Positions 62,432-64,000 of a stretch of 64,000 bases of DNA are shown in pieces. The position numbers were made by a program, and so were the translations under genes. Below the pieces are notes generated by a model. The model was not told the origin of the DNA, did no database searches, and was given only the letters and a program-made list of their open reading frames with translations. Each line of letters starts with the position of its first letter. The stretch's first letter is position 1. Source of the stretch: Callorhinchus milii (taxonomy: Eukaryota). The stretch is taken from NCBI RefSeq assembly GCF_018977255.1, contig NW_024704742.1, positions 78,990,001 to 79,054,000 of the forward strand, read 5' to 3'.

Positions 62432-63484
62432 ATGTTCTTTAGTGACACCACGAAAGCCACCAGTAACATTTCCACCCAGAAACTTAACTGCCACTGAGAG
62501 AGTTAATTTGCAAGACTCAGTGTATAGAATTCCTCATTATTTAGAATTTCCACTGAGCCTTGGAACTCTACTCTTGAAGTACGTTATGTTGTAGCGGAGA
62601 TCCTGAGGGTGAGTATGATGCATTAATGGTTACTGGAAGGAATGTCCACTTGTGTGACTCGTATTCCTAATTTTACCAAATTTTGCAAATTAGATCCTGT
62701 GATCAATCACTCTGTAAGTGAAGATGAAGCCCATTCCAATCCCTTAACAACACTGTTTCTCTACTCACATAAAATCATTTAGGTAAAGGCAGCTATCAAC
62801 CCAAAATCTTCACATCTTTTGATGGCAATGTGGAAACTGTCGAGGAGGAGAAATTCCATCCATCTATATTGAAGCTATTTTTGTAGCATTTCAATGTGCA
62901 GCTGTTGCAAATTGTTGAAGTCAGTCTTTACTTTGAACCTAGTGTTCTGTGGAACTTAACAGAATTTACAAATATTAAATCCAACTTGAAAATGAAGACT
63001 GTGTTTAATGATTTGCCGATATCTGGACTCTCTGAAATTCTAAGAAAATGGAGAAAACCTAGACCCATGTGCAATTTCTCTCATTATGTGCTAACACTGA
63101 GTGTGCATAAAATATTCACAGACCTAAATTTTTGAAAAACATCAATGTAAGTTTAGCATAAAAAGTTTTCAATGTTAAGACTTTTGTTCTTAATTTGCCT
63201 GAACAGTCATGCAAAAGTTCTTTACACTGGTGGTTTGGCTTATTACTATCTCACTTAGTTCACTGCAAGCTATCAAATTTGCTTGTTGACTGATCATAAC
63301 TGCTTTTTAACTGTTTCATTTGAACACATATAATCATATAACCCGGTATTGTACTGGCAGACGACACAGAATTGTAGACAAACAATAACAATAATCCTTA
63401 TGATGAGAAGCAAATATTAAGTTATTTGCTTTAAGAAAAGAATCATTACAAGCTGTTTCTGTCTGTAATGAGCCATACAATCTT

Positions 63485-63790
63485 TAATAATCCTCGCATT
63501 TGATATAGCATCTTATAACGTCATTGAGACATCTCAAAGCTCTTTACAGGATATACTATAAAGTATAAAAAACTATAAAATACTGTGTGTGAAAGACTGG
63601 GTGAAACACGATACAGTTATGCACAGCAGTATCTCACAAATAGCCATGGACTGAGTGACCAATTTATTTGGGGACTGTTGGCCAAGTCGTTGGAGATACT
63701 CCTTTCCCTTTTCGAATAGTGTCAGGGATCTTTAACATCCACCTGTACACGGAGATGGGAACTCAGTTTAGCACCCATCTGAAGGACAGA
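63485..63790 (-). mobile_element. DeuSINE 3' portion
   Basis: Tail plus TTCGAATAGTGTCAGGGATCTTTAACATCCACCTG. Confidence 0.75.
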
Positions 63791-64000
63791 TTTATAAGGT
63801 TATAAGGTTTATAAGACAGGCCATATAAACAACAGTGTATATTTATATAGCATCTTTCAGGTCAAGGCGATGTTTCAGAGAACTTCAGACAATTGGCTGG
63901 GAAACCGAGCTGAGGGGGAAGAGAGACGTGGGTGGGGGGAGTCACCAAAAGTACAGTCATAACACAAATATAGTTTAAAAAATTCTGCTTTTTCTCAAAT

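Noticed and set aside
62545..62608. Possible exon ISTEPWNSTLEVRYVVAEILR with GTGAGT donor
   Set aside because: Weak polypyrimidine tract and no recognisable protein; not supportable as a CDS

Overview
Repeat-rich vertebrate nuclear DNA. The repeat set (L2 LINEs with (GTT)n tails, CR1 LINEs with (TTCTATGA)n tails, Deu-domain tRNA SINEs, a Penelope-type terminal fragment) points to a cartilaginous fish, possibly a chimaera; this is an inference. I find no intact host gene or intact transposon ORF. Most of the window is 5'-truncated, nested L2/CR1/SINE copies. It also holds a decayed Tx1/ZCCHC3-like triple zinc-knuckle ORF1 joined to an internally deleted Ty3/Gypsy element (tRNA-Leu PBS, gag, DTGA protease, PPT, 3' LTR), and about 10 pieces of an unclassified repeat with one shared terminus. 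Notable structures: an apparently perfect 265-bp inverted duplication bracketing a ~0.9-kb inversion (43.3-44.7 kb), a tandemly duplicated exon-like cassette (48.0-49.3 kb), a long hairpin (34.15-34.28 kb) and a degenerate minimal hammerhead ribozyme (19.26 kb). Nothing here demonstrates a new biological system; the unclassified repeat family and the duplicated cassette are the best leads. Coordinates of decayed repeats are approximate, and all alignments were done by eye.
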